DNA from: Bugula neritina
Lineage: Eukaryota > Animalia > Bryozoa
Assembly (NCBI GenBank): GCA_964035545.1
Contig: OZ037772.1
Coordinates: 9,851,150-9,915,149 of the forward strand
Direction: 5' to 3'
DNA length: 64,000 nucleotides
Shown here: piece by piece, positions 1 to 20,835 of the stretch
Numbering within the stretch: the stretch's first letter is position 1
Layout: every line of letters begins with the position of its first letter
Notes under the pieces: generated by a model
What the model saw: the letters and a program-made list of their open reading frames with translations, nothing else
What the model was told of the DNA's origin: nothing
Database searches by the model: none
Position numbers and translations under genes: made by a program

Positions 1-10
1 TAGACAAGAA

Positions 11-3000
11 TTACAAATCAGTTTGACTAGAGATTAATGAAGCAAACAAACCATCATCCTCAATGACACCGGCCAAGGAATAGACAGTTGAGTCTGTTGC
101 CGTAGTAACAGTGTCAAGAGTATCCAAGGAGTGTGCCTCAGCAGCGGCAGTGCTATCAAATTCATTGGTCACAGCTGACTTTGACTGGAAATAAACAATA
201 AAAGAAAAAATTACAATAGAAGAATAAACTGAGGTATTGTGATGATTACCTTCAAAGAAAGCTTTTTGAAAGTTATTTTACTGCAATGACTGATACCCAC
301 ATGTCCAGTTGAAAAGTAATGAAACTGTTGAATATATAAGTAAAACTCGAAAGGTAACTTAGTATAATGTTTTACACAAAAAGCCTTCAGCGAGAGTCTG
401 ACAAATATAAATTAATACATGATACCCAACACTGGGTTGTGGTTTGAGAACTTGGTAGACTTTCATAAAATGCAACTATAAGAATTCTAAGACAGCTAAA
501 GATATACCAAAATGTTACATCATTATAGAATGTCAAATAATATATATTTCATTCATGGCAACTAAAACAAGTGGTAACCAATCGATCCCACTCTTAACCA
601 GTCAGTCTATTAGAAAACTCGGATGTGTGAGGTAGAAAAATCATACCTGGGCGTGATCGGCGCTAGTCTCAAAGTTATGAAGCAACTCGTTATTGAACAT
701 GGCGTTAGCATACTCGTGCTGTTCCTCTTTTGGCGAGAGCATCAGCGAACTGAGAATAGAGATAATAACATCACTATACTATGACATCACTATACTATGA
801 CATCACTATCCTATGACATCACTATCCTATGACATCACTATCCTATGACATAACTATACTATGGCATCACTATACTATACAGTAAGAGTCTACTATGACA
901 TCACTATAGGTTTAGAAACCTTCAAATCGCAGATCAGGGCAGACTCAAGTGAACTCATACGAGTGCAATAAACTCGAGAGCTAATAACATGCAAACCAGT
1001 AGTTAAACAAGCTGTTAGTTGCAGCAAACAAACATTAAACTATGCCATCCTAATCAACAAACTATACATATCTCAACACTTTTCAATGTTCAAATAGCTT
1101 TTTTGACACCAATTTCAACCTTCGTTAAACTCACATTGACTACACTTGTGCAAAAATGACAGCCACTAATAAGTAAGTAGCCATACTGTGAAAAGTACAC
1201 ACGTACTTGCGAACTAAGTCTGTCAAATCTTCACAGCTTCCAACACTCCTACGAGTTTTTCTACTTCGAGGTGGCACAGCGAGAACGTTTATTCCTATAA
1301 ATAAGATATTATATACTATAGGATACTGAAATATCACACCAGGTCAATGTTTGGGTTACAAAACAACCTGCTATTACATTACATTATTAGCATGACATAT
1401 ATTATAACATATCCTATAAGAATATAGTATAGCAATCAATAGTAATATATAAATATAACATTATATCATGGAGTAGTACCATACATAGTAGAGTATACAG
1501 ATTACTACTATACAGAGTAATACTATACATATTACTACTATACAGAGTATCAATGTGATTTTAAAGATTTTTAGTGAAAGGTTTTCTGTGGAGTATCTCT
1601 TCAACTGATTTTCAAATCCACATTCTGTTGTCAACCATCAAAAAAAATCTATAATAAAATTTATAATTAAAAAACCAAAATATTTTTAAAGAATCCATTT
1701 AACCATACATAATTAAACACAAAATAATTTCTCTAAAATGAATACAAAATTTCTATTTCTTTGACTTAAAACTTGAGAGCTACAAACCACAGGGTCTGGA
1801 GGGAAGACTCCCATCTTCAGAAGGAGTAGGAGCGAGGTAACTGGGTAAGTCTACAGCTTCATAAAATGTGGGTGGCGGCGTGGCCAGACTAACTGAAAAA
1901 TATATACATAGGAGCTTAGGCTAATGATCTGAAAAACCCAGCTATATTATGATATCTAAGTATAGTAATGCATTTAGTCTACTTGAAATAAAAACACAGA
2001 AAAACAGTATCAGTCTAAAACAATAATTTACAATACTGAATAATATACACTATATAAATAAATAATATATTATATAAAAACAATTTATATTATATATTAT
2101 TAGATAAAATATATTATAATAATAAAAAAGATATAAAAATACATAATAAATAAATCATATATAATAATAAATAGTTTATATCATGTACCAAATAATAAAT
2201 ATAATATAATATTAATATCATCCATGAGTGGGTTATATAATGGTTAATGTTAGTATAGAATGGTTACAGTGACTATACACTGAACAGGTTCATGTGTATT
2301 ATTGGGAACCAAGAAGAATGTACAGTACTACATGAAGTTGCTCTTGAGTGAACAGATAACTCCACAGTTAAGGTAAAATAGATGCTAATGAACTGACACA
2401 TGATATAAATTTTTACAGCTGAATAGTTTACAGGAAAATGTTAAGATAACCTCTCATTGTACTGCCTAAAATGAAAAATGTGTTCATTGAGAGAGAGTAG
2501 AAAACTCCGAACTATTAGGTAAGTAGACTGCTTCCTATTGGCTGCACTGGTTGGTAGATTGATTCCTATTGGCTGTACTGAGAGTTACACAGCCTCCTAT
2601 AGACTATACTAAATTACTGATCAATTAGTGAAAAAACAACCTCATATTGTAAAAATTTTAGGGCAAGGTGATCGAGCGATACACAGTATAAAACACCCAA
2701 TAAAAATATAACATTTCAGAAAACAATATACAGAGCTATACAGAAAACAAAGACTGTGAAATATAGCCCGGGTACTTATGAGTGAGCAACGAAACATAAT
2801 AAAGGGTGAGGTAGTGAAAACCCAACACCAAATTTTACCTACCAGAGCTAAATCCCAGACTCCGCAAAGCTATTTAAACATTATCAACACTTGAATTTCA
2901 TCAAACATATTCACAGTATTGATAACAAATTCAGAATATTTAATTAATTTTTCCAAGAGTTTCAGCATGGAGAACACAACCCCATATTCTCGGCTGCAAC

Positions 3001-6000
3001 AGTTTTTTTGTGGAAGTAGAAATTATCACACTAAAACTTGCACGAATGATTTTAAAAGTTGTACGTTGCATTATTAGGGAGCAGCAGTAATTTAGAGATT
3101 AGGGAGCTGGCTTAGTCAAAACAAAGTCCTATATCAGGATATTCCATAAGGAAACAGCCGTAGTCTAGGGGTCAGAGTGCATTATAGCTCAGTATGCACA
3201 AAGTCATGGGTTCGAACCCCAGTAAAGGTCATTGGTGATGTAGCAAGAGCATCCAGTCATAATTGCTCCTGTGCCAGATATGAATAAGCTTTTAGCCTAA
3301 AGTCCCTTTCTATCGGGGGTTTCTCACAGGAATGGTGACTATAAACTTGCGTAAGTTTGTTAGAGTATTACAGTGAAATGATACATAAATAGGAGTTGTA
3401 TCCCCTAAAATGAATACATAGAAATACATACATGGAGAGAGCACGGAAAGACTGGGTGAAGCCTCAGAACTTTGGAAGGAAAGTGATTTTGGAATTTGTC
3501 TCCCTTGACGATCAGCCATGTCAAATGACCTTGACACGGAGCCAGGAGACATGGAGATTTTATATTCCAAAAGTCTATTGGGTTTTGTGAGGGGGGAGGA
3601 CTTGAACTTGGCAGAGCTCCCACTGCTGCCTCCAAGAATGTTCAGGCTATGTGTTGACCCCGTCATATCCATGTAAGGACTAGAATCCACTGAAGGGAGT
3701 GACAAAGGGTCCTGGAATACAAGAACTTAGGTTATGAGAAATTTCTTACATAACTGACTGCATAGTTAGGATTCACAAATAGTATTTAATATAAAAACTG
3801 TATAAAACGCACTAAATTATGGGTGAATTAGACACCATCAATGAGGGCTCAGCAAAATAATGGCCAATAAAATATAAACTCTCAAAGAAATTGACATAGA
3901 CTTGGATCTACAAAACAGAGCACCTCAGTAGTGCGACTTCGACTTCTCTTAATGTTGATTGGCTGATTCCAGCTAGGTCGCATCCTATTGGCCGGTCGGC
4001 TGCTATCTGCAGTAAGTCTAGCGACTGCGGGCAATTGATTGGTTTTTCTTTTAGTTTGCGGCTCACTAAGAGAAGGCGAGCCTTGCATTTGGGAACTTAG
4101 GCTAGGTTCTTCTAGCCACTCTTCCAGATCTGATATCTTATATTCAGGTAGGGACGCATCAGAAGCCCTCGATCTCAATATATTGCTCGCAGCTATAAGG
4201 AATGTAACAACGCATTCATTATTTGATATGCATTATCAATTTCAATTAAAACATCATTATGACACAGGACCAAAGGTGACCATCATGACACATAAACTTT
4301 AATAAATTTCGGAAACACTGTGATGCACTGTTACAAAATAAAGAAGTTATACATCATATTTGTTACAAATACAAATAGGCAGTAGTACAAAGTGTGAGTA
4401 GCATTAATTGAATTAATAGAATTCATTGAACTTGTGAAACATATCACAAACCATGAATAGAAACACCAGAGTTAAAGTACTTAGATTACTCTACCTGAGC
4501 AACATTTCCCAAAAACCTACCAAAGTTGCAGTACAAAGCTTAAAATTGCCTGCAAACATCTTTTTGAATTAGAAAAAATATCATTTTTAAATCACAAAAG
4601 CAGCAATAAAAGCTCATTTTCAGAGTCTAGTCTCAGGAAATTGTCTATAAACTCCACCCACCTTCCGCAGACGAACCGAGATTCAAGTTAAAGTTATTCG
4701 CAGAAATTCGTTTCAGATCTCTGGAGTACCTCAAATCTGATTGGGTGATGGCCAGCACGCCGAGGTCGCAGTATTCCTCGTATATCTTCTCATCTCTACC
4801 ACTAGATTTACGGTTCTTTTTAATTGTCTTAAATAAAATAATATATAGCTCAATTTAAAATGCACAAAAAGAACATTGAAAGTTGCTTTTTTTTAAAAAA
4901 AAGAGTCAATGCATGAAATAAAACACCAAATATTTATCAAATTAAAATACTACACTATAACATATGTGTTATTCATATGTTTTTACATTATTTATTAGCT
5001 GTGATATAAAACTTTGAAAAAAATTTAAAAAGATGATAACTCAAAAAAGAAACGGGAAATTTAATTTTTTCAGTAAATTTTACAGGTTGAGGTGCGGTTT
5101 CAATACTTTTAGAAAAGAAAAAACTAGACACACTGATTTACTCTCATGGAAAATGATAGCTCTACTACTCACAGCGCAGGAAATATAACAGAAATCACAT
5201 GCCCGATACACAAATTCAAGATCAAAGCGAACTCTAATTAGCAATTTGACTTCTAGCAAACAATCAAGGATACTAGTTATCAATCGAAAACTATCACAAA
5301 CTTATTAAAATTTTATCCCATTGGGATTCGAGTCTATGCTACTAACATAAAAGCCAGTAAAATAAATGGAATAACTTATGCAGCCTTAAGTAAATATAAT
5401 AATGAAGGTAAATAGTTGTTGAATGTGTCACATGACCCTGATAAGTCACATGACGTCACATGACTCACCTCTGTGATGTATTTGTCCATCAGGTGATAGA
5501 TGACGTCATTCTCGTTTTGCTTAGTCTCAAACATGTAGACTCCCTCCCCCATAGGGGATCTTCTACCCGCCTCGATTCTGAAGCACCCGTCCCCTACTGT
5601 TTCAAAATTCCTGACAGAGTTCAAAGGCCATTGTGCGACAATACTGAAGGAATTCTGCAAGCAAATTATGAAAATAAAGCATTAAAATATGTAACAGAAA
5701 TGTTACATCTACAATAGTTATTCATACATTCACTCGCTAATAACAATTTACACTAAAAAATATTTGGTATGAATTACTTAAAAATGCAAATGATGATTTT
5801 AATTATAATTTGTTGACGTTTTTTAAAACAAAATTATTAAATAAAGGCATGGTTTACAAAATAGTAGTTACTAAACACACCTACATGCTTTAGCAGCAAA
5901 AGAAGACAACTCTGAATAAAAAATATGTATAATTCAAACTGCGTAACGGACAAATGTGTTAGATCTCACAAAGACCGAATATTTTTCATGATGCGGGATA

Positions 6001-8360
6001 CAATTCTTAAATGATATGACATCACAGCTAATCCTTAAAGGATATGATGTAACAACAGGAAGCACCTGAAATGCGAGAGTGAGTCCACTTTTGCAGACGT
6101 GAAGCAGACAATTAGAACCTCTGGAGCCGATCTTCCTGTGTTCCGCAGAATCGTCTGGCTTCACGGAAAACATTCTTCCTGTGAAGAATAGTAAATAGGG
6201 AAGACAAAACCTCAGCTAAACTCAACACAAATTTAAGTGTTACATATGGGTATTATATGAGTCAGAACTATGGCATTTCAGTTACACATTTTTTAGAGTT
6301 GAATAATTCAAAGTAACAAGTGAATAACCTGAAAATTTAAGCAGAAGCTTTTATTCACTAAAAATCAACAATCGCTCACACAGTATTCAAGACACCTGAT
6401 TAGTTATGATATGAAACCATGCAAATATGAAACCTTTAAATTATGCTGTCGACATAAATGTGTTTTTTTTTTAGAAAGGTCTATTAAATTTACCAGCTGT
6501 TGGTTTCTCAGGCAGACGTCTTTGAGTGATCATGAAAAAAGCAAATGAATCTCTCCGAGCCTCGTTTTCAAAAGCGTAATGAGAACTGTGACGACTGAGG
6601 TCTGTAACCTGGCATATAAAGGGTTGGTGGTGAGTAGCCTCCGTCCTCTTGTGCAGTTGGAACTCGGGGTATACATGAGTCACTAAAAGTAATAATGATG
6701 GATTATAATACATGCAGGCAATAAGAAATGACTCAAACTTATTACCCATACAACTGCACAGGAACGTATATTTTATATACAAAAATTATGTTTGATTCAG
6801 GTATACAAATAATCGTACTGATGGAGGCAAACAACATAACAGCTTACACAATGATTAGTCCAAACGATAATGCATAGTATTTCAATATAAATATACAATA
6901 CTTTTGAATCAAAAACTTCACTATTTCAAAATAACTACTCCGATATTTAATAAAACAACCACATTTACAAAGCTTTGGCAAATCATTTTTGCTTGAAAAT
7001 TTACCCTTAATATAGCTTTTCTGCTAGGTTACGAATGAAATTAGTTTGAGAGTGAAATTAGAATTCAGGTAAAGTTTGAGTGTCAGTCGGACTCAAGTCA
7101 TGATAATCCAGAGAGAAAGAGTAACTCGTTAGACTAACAATAAAATTTAATTGACTATCGATTCAAACAATCTAAATAGTAAGAAAGTTTTTTTTAAATA
7201 TCTAACCTTTTTGAACTGATTCTAAGTTAATACAGACTTTAGTTGGGAATTTAATTTAGAACTTAGTTGAAGCTTAAGTGTCACTCAGACTTGAGTCATT
7301 ATAGTTCAAACTGACAATGAAATTTCCAGCAGAAAAAAGTCACCTAGCAAGTTAACTAGTTCAAAAATGCAAAAACTCAGCATTACTGATCATTTTTAAA
7401 CGGGTGCATTTGGTGTTGCAATATTTAAGTGCATCTCAACCAAGCAATGGATATTGATCCTGCAAAATAAAATCATCTTTAGATTCAAATGATTAGTAAA
7501 ACAGCTGGATGCTGGTCCCGTGAACTTGTATATAATGAGAGCTAAACTTCATGGAAGTATCAGACCACCACTCTTACCATATGGTTTATCCTTTTTAGAC
7601 TTAGGTGGTTTCTTGTACAGTCGAAGATGTGTTTTACAAGCTGAGATTGTCATATAAAAATAGAAAGGCTTCCAGCCAACAGCAGTGACTTTGTATTTTG
7701 TTTTCTTCAATTCTTTATCTGAAAGCCACCACAGCCATCCCTAAAAAAGGATAATGAATAAAGTTATAATGGTATAAACTATAATCAATTAAGTGCATTA
7801 ACCCAGCGACAGTTCTAATGGTATAATTAACCAAGTGCATCAACTCAGAGACATTGAGAAGACACTAGTTTAGGTGCACAACTAGTAGCAACAGTTGTCT
7901 TTCTTTAGTTACTAATTATTAAATTTTAGTTTTACTTTTAACTTAGAACTGGTAATTTTATTTTATTCGTTGAGTTTAACTCTAAGTTTATCTCAATTTC
8001 AAAGTACATTTCATAATCATTTAAAATTATTAAACGATAATTTAATGTTTTATATTATTTTTCAATATCCAATAAAAATTTAAAAAATGATTCATTAAAT
8101 ATGCGTTGAACTTGAAAACTAATTAATAAAAATCTGAGAGTATTGTCTGGGTTTGACTAGGAGTCTTGATTATCATATTGATATTGATATTTCTCATGAG
8201 AACAAGACTCAAGCAAACTTTAATTAAATTTGATGTGCCTAGCTTATATTTTATTTGTTTTTCAGTTGCAACACTGGCGAAATTCGGTCATTTTAGTTTG
8301 AAAATGAAGTTGAAGTACCTCAGTCAACACTTCAGGAAATGATTCTCTGGGAGCAGCCAT
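11..8360 (-). CDS. DOK/IRS-like docking protein (PH domain + IRS-type PTB domain + Tyr-motif tail), ~625 aa, 12 exons
   Basis: Frame-consistent GT-AG exons: 8360-8319, 7740-7578, 6682-6494, 6178-6066, 5654-5469, 4827-4662, 4192-3924, 3711-3432, 1892-1788, 1294-1207, 749-647, 184-11. PH-like start VLTEGWLWW...GWKPFYF; IRS-PTB signature QWPLNSVRNF...FRIEAGRRSPMGEGVYMFET; tail has YMDM, YLAP, YANA. The last exon may instead splice near position 52 and continue out of the window. Confidence 0.85.
768..880. repeat. 16-bp minisatellite (ACATCACTATACTATG), ~7 copies, intronic
   Basis: Directly visible tandem units with a few substitutions. Confidence 0.9.
3155..3352 (+). mobile_element. tRNA-derived SINE family A copy
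   Basis: Shares the head CAGCCGT.GTCTAGGGG..., B-box-like GGTTCGAACCCC and tail GGTTTCTCACAGGAATGGTGACTATAAACTTG with six other copies in the window. Confidence 0.8.
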
Positions 8361-9123
8361 ATTAGAAATGTATCATGTGACACTAGATTTCGTAATAAGT
8401 AGACGCGCTTGATATATCACGTGAAGGCACAACTCCTTTACACATTTAATTTCGTTGCGCAAACTGTAGGCATAATTAACTATAGTGGAACAGTACAGTC
8501 GATGTTTAAAACATTAGCACACTCAAAACAACTTTCAGAAATTATTTATAAGTTTTGATGTTGTGATGACATTGCAAACTTGAATTATCATATTCATTTT
8601 GCATGACTGTGACCATAATATTTTACTAATTATTGCTAAATTCCAGACACCAAAGGGATATTGCTAAAAACTTGCATTCAAAAATGACACAGCTTGGTAT
8701 GACCAGTTATTTTTTCAGTAACAAAAATAATCACAGGTGTGATGATTGTGAGGAGAGGCTAGTGGTGCAACATCCGGGTGTGTGTGAGCCATGGATTAAT
8801 TCTAAATGACAACAGCTGTCTAGATAATATTGAAGTACTGTATCTCAGTGATTAATAATCTGAATAATTATAATACCGCATCTGACTGTAGCATGATTTC
8901 AAGGTGATTGAACTGACTTTAATTATTACGTCATGTATTTGATTCAATTGCAATAATAACTTAATGATAGGTCTCCTTATATACATGATGGATGACCTTT
9001 GACCTGTAAAATGCAGTGAATTGGAACAGCTAGAAGACTATATATATATACCGATGTTTTTAAAATGTGTTTATTATATAATATATTGTTCAGTTCTACA
9101 GAAGCATCAAAACATCCAAGACA

Positions 9124-16641
<7,518 letters not shown>

Positions 16642-17765
16642 ATTTGAAATTATCCATTGCTTCAGTTTGCAAAATGTCAACTTTTTCGAGACCACTCTAT
16701 CACTTTAGTTTTTAATCACCTAATCTTTGTTTTCTTTTAAAAAGTTTGTTAGCAATACAGATTGAAAAGCAATTACTAGTTGCAGTCCTTAAAAATCTAT
16801 TGGCAATAATTTACTACCAGCATTTTTAAATTTATAAGTTGAAATTTTTATTCTTTGCAGAACAATTAGTGAATAATATTATATTCATGCAGTATGATTG
16901 CTAAAATATGTTTTCAATGCAAATTAATTTATATTGCTTTCGGACAAGCATTAAAAAAAACACACCAAAGCATTTTTAATAAATTTGAAACCACTATGAT
17001 ATGTTGTTGATCAAGAAAATAATGCAGTCTATTGCATCAATTAAAATAATAATCATTTGGAGTATAAAAATATTTTCAAGTATATTGACAGATTTAGCAG
17101 AATTGTATAGATTTCCGGTGCACGCAAAGATATAATTGAATTATGCAGTTTATACCTACTGCAGTAAGGTGTATGTACAAATATAAAACCTTATAGTTAT
17201 AAGCCCATTTTCACCTTCATAATTTTATATCTATAATAAATTTCATCTGCTAAGTTATGAGTACGCATGGGTTGCGTTGTTTTTATTATCTTTGCTTTAT
17301 GCACAATTTTGAATTTTACTATTACTTTGGGATCAAAAAGATTTTTTAATTAAATTGACAGAAGACTAATTATGCAAAACATGAACAATAATATATAATT
17401 TATTATATTTTACTAGAACAGATGATATAGTATGCTACTTGTACAAATTCAAACCAAACTGATTAATATATAGTTGGGGTGTTTTGAGCTCATGTCGAAA
17501 TTTAAAAGCGTAGTTATAATTTATAAGTAACGACATTCAGTAAGCTCATAATCATATTCTGATTACATGCTGATTTTTGTTTACTGTAATATTATCTTAA
17601 ACTATAAGTGTTAAAAGCTATATTATAATAAAAATTAACATGCAATCATTACAATTATAATAGAAAATACCCCAATTTTCAAGTAGGTATAAACAATAAA
17701 TTACAGCTAAATGACCAAAAAATAATAATATTACCAGTAAAGAAACTTTTTTAAAAATACGGCTT

Positions 17766-19726
17766 TTAGATAAAAGTAGTGAGAAATATACAAAACAAAA
17801 TTGTAGCAATAGACAATCTTATAACTGTAGCAATGCTATTGCAATCATTCCCAAACAATGAAGGAGTTGTCCCTTCGCCAAATTCATAGTTTCTCTTTGG
17901 AATTCCTGTGTTACAGCCGTCTTCTCCCCAACAGAAACACAACTCTTCAATCTCAAATCCGGGAATAAAGTCTACAGGTGCTGGGATACACATGTCCATC
18001 TCCTCCCATTTTACTTCCTTGCCACAATCGTATACAGCTGTCATACATATTATATATTATGTTATATACGATATATCGGCATATAAATTTACATATAAAT
18101 TATGTTATAATATCAAATAATATAATATTATGATATAATGTATATTATATGTTATATCCGTATATACATATGCATAATATATATTATATATTTTCATATA
18201 CATTATATCCCCATTTACATATATATTACACATAAACAAATGTGTACACAAACGGATACATGCATAATATATGTATATAACATATTTAATACATATTATA
18301 ATAAATTGAAACCTTAATATATTATTTGCAATATATATGATAAAATGCTGTGGAAACCTTCCTAATCACATAAATGACAATTTTGAACAAATACGAAATT
18401 CATATTTCAAATAGCCATAAGAAATGCAAAATATAAAAAACAAATAAAAAAATAACCCAACGAATTAATTTAAAAGTAAATTGATTTGAAATGCAAAGGA
18501 TATTGATATAATGCTTTATTTTGTAATAAAAGGAAAGGTGACTTTTGTTAATAATTACTAAATAAAATTAAACTTGATTTTTTTTCATTATATTTTTTTG
18601 TAACAGTGTTGCCTAATGACGGCTTGTTTTCTTGTGGATCTCACTTCTTTGAGCATGTGCTCATCAGTGCAATCTACAAGCTAACTCAAGAAAGTTCACT
18701 TTTAGATTTTCGGATATGAAACCAAACCCTGCCTATCATTTATAAATACAACTATTAGCCTAAGTTCCTGAGTTATAGGTACCACACTCACCTCCGAAGG
18801 AAGAAGTGAGGTTAGAGCAGTGAGTAATGTTCAGAGGACAGTCTTCAGGCTCATCGGAACATGGGGAGAAAGGCTCATGGCATTGAAAGCATTTTATACT
18901 CCAAGTAAGTGAGACCACAGCTACAAGATTTACCAAATACTGAGGAAGACAGTCAGAGACTTGTGTCTATATATTCTACCATTAGATAATTTGTTCTGTA
19001 TTGAAGTAGCAAAAAGCTAATGATTGTTATGGTTTTGTGCTTAAAAACTGCACAATTTAGGACAAAAGTGGTCAAGGGGTTAGAGCGTTTGACTTAGTTA
19101 CTTATAACTGTTGACCTATAAATCCTGTTGACTTCTAACCTTTGACCTTTGACCTTTGACCTGATGTACTGGTAAAAATATTTTACACTATAATTGAGCC
19201 TCAGATTTCTAACTTGCAAGCTAGTGTGTTATAAAGACTACTGGATAATTTTAAGGCTGCATGCATACATGATCTTTGAATTATGAATTATTATTAGATG
19301 GCTATAAATTGAGCTGTGAACTATTAGCTCAAATTCTATTTCTATGAAAAGAATTTTAGCTTATTTTTAAAACTTGAAAGATTGAGTTGTAGTCTTAGAA
19401 TTTACTTACATGTATGTATATATAACACTATACGCTTCGAAGTTTCGCATTATGCTAATGAATATTTTATTCTATGTTTGGAAACATACAGTTGCATTTA
19501 ATATGAAACTACAACCATAAGTTTATGGATATCTCAAGCCACAAATATAAAACCACGAGTATTAATTCATGCACATGATATGAAACAGTGGAAAAGCAGT
19601 GATTGTCATCAAACATAACCAAGAGATGCATGACAATAACAAAACATGCACTTCCACTCTAGATTTAACTAATATATAACAGGCCATAAACTTACTTGCA
19701 GTCAAGATGAAAAATAGCTTTAGCAT
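17766..19726 (-). CDS. Ly6/uPAR (three-finger, quiver/sleepless-like) GPI-anchored protein, 143 aa, 3 exons
   Basis: Exons 19726-19696, 18920-18792, 18037-17766. Signal peptide MLKLFFILTATVVSLTWS, then IKCFQC...CFCWGEDGCN with 10 Cys, then a hydrophobic C-terminal GPI-type tail IATVIRLSIATILFCIFLTTFI. Confidence 0.85.
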
Positions 19727-20835
19727 GAGGAATTCAGCTAATACGACTTTTCTCTTGTGGCTGCTATTAACTTAAACCTACATACTTTAGCGTGCAACTT
19801 GTGTTGTTCACTGTTGTGTAGTCGTTGCTATTGAAAATACAAAAGCTTTTCATAGAGTGAAACAAACCGAAAACCTTTTTTTATAAATTATAGAATCAAT
19901 GTAGAATTGATTGCAAACAAAAGATATTCATGGTCTATATAAACAAAAGATAATGTGGATATAATAAGCAATTGTTTAACTATAAAAGAGCTTTACACAT
20001 AATATGCATGTGAAATCCAATACTTCATGCAGTTTCAACATACACAACACATTAACTTTAATGCTATATAATGCATTAGCTACTAAACATAATTACTATA
20101 TTAGATGAGTTTTACCTAAACTGATCTTTAATTGCTATGACATAAAGTATGTAGTTTAATTATATATGCAATACTATATATACATTTATCAGAACAGATT
20201 TTACGCTGTTTTAAAAATTAAAAACTATATATTAATATCATTTCAATGTTTATCTAACAAGTTGTGAGCTTCTGAAAAATATTTCAATCAGACTCATTCA
20301 TAAGCTATTTTTAGCAATTTCTCTATAAATAATATAAAACTCTGTTTCACTAACTTTGAAAAATGATATCATGCTTTTATACATGCTTTCATGCATATAG
20401 CTTCAGTTTTATACTTCTATATAGTGACATATAGCTCCAAATCCAGCAGCTACATTAGCATTATAAAACTGATTTTAAATAAAAAGAGTTAAGAATATAT
20501 ATTCTGATACAATATTGCATTACAAGATAATATTTTACCATATTATAATGTAGTACAAAATACCATATTTGAATATTATATAATATACAAGAAGTAAAAG
20601 AACAGAAAATAATACTTTACAAACACAAATGCAAACTTTGTTAATTGTTGTGAGAAAATTACATTCAAATTATAGAATTTTTAATTAAAACTTTATGCAA
20701 TAGCTTCCTCATTCAAACCATACCTTAAATATTTTGCAAATTATTATATTGAAGTTTATAATTAAATTTAATTATTAAGGAAATCCTCCCTTTTAGATTT
20801 TGGGAGGTAAGTGTTTTAAAGAAGACTAAGGTGTT

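Noticed and set aside
768-880. CRISPR-like array
   Set aside because: Contiguous 16-bp tandem units with no unique spacers, in a eukaryotic intron.
7385-7460. Extra exon of the DOK-like gene behind a good-looking acceptor
   Set aside because: Stops in all three frames; the flanking exons join in frame without it.
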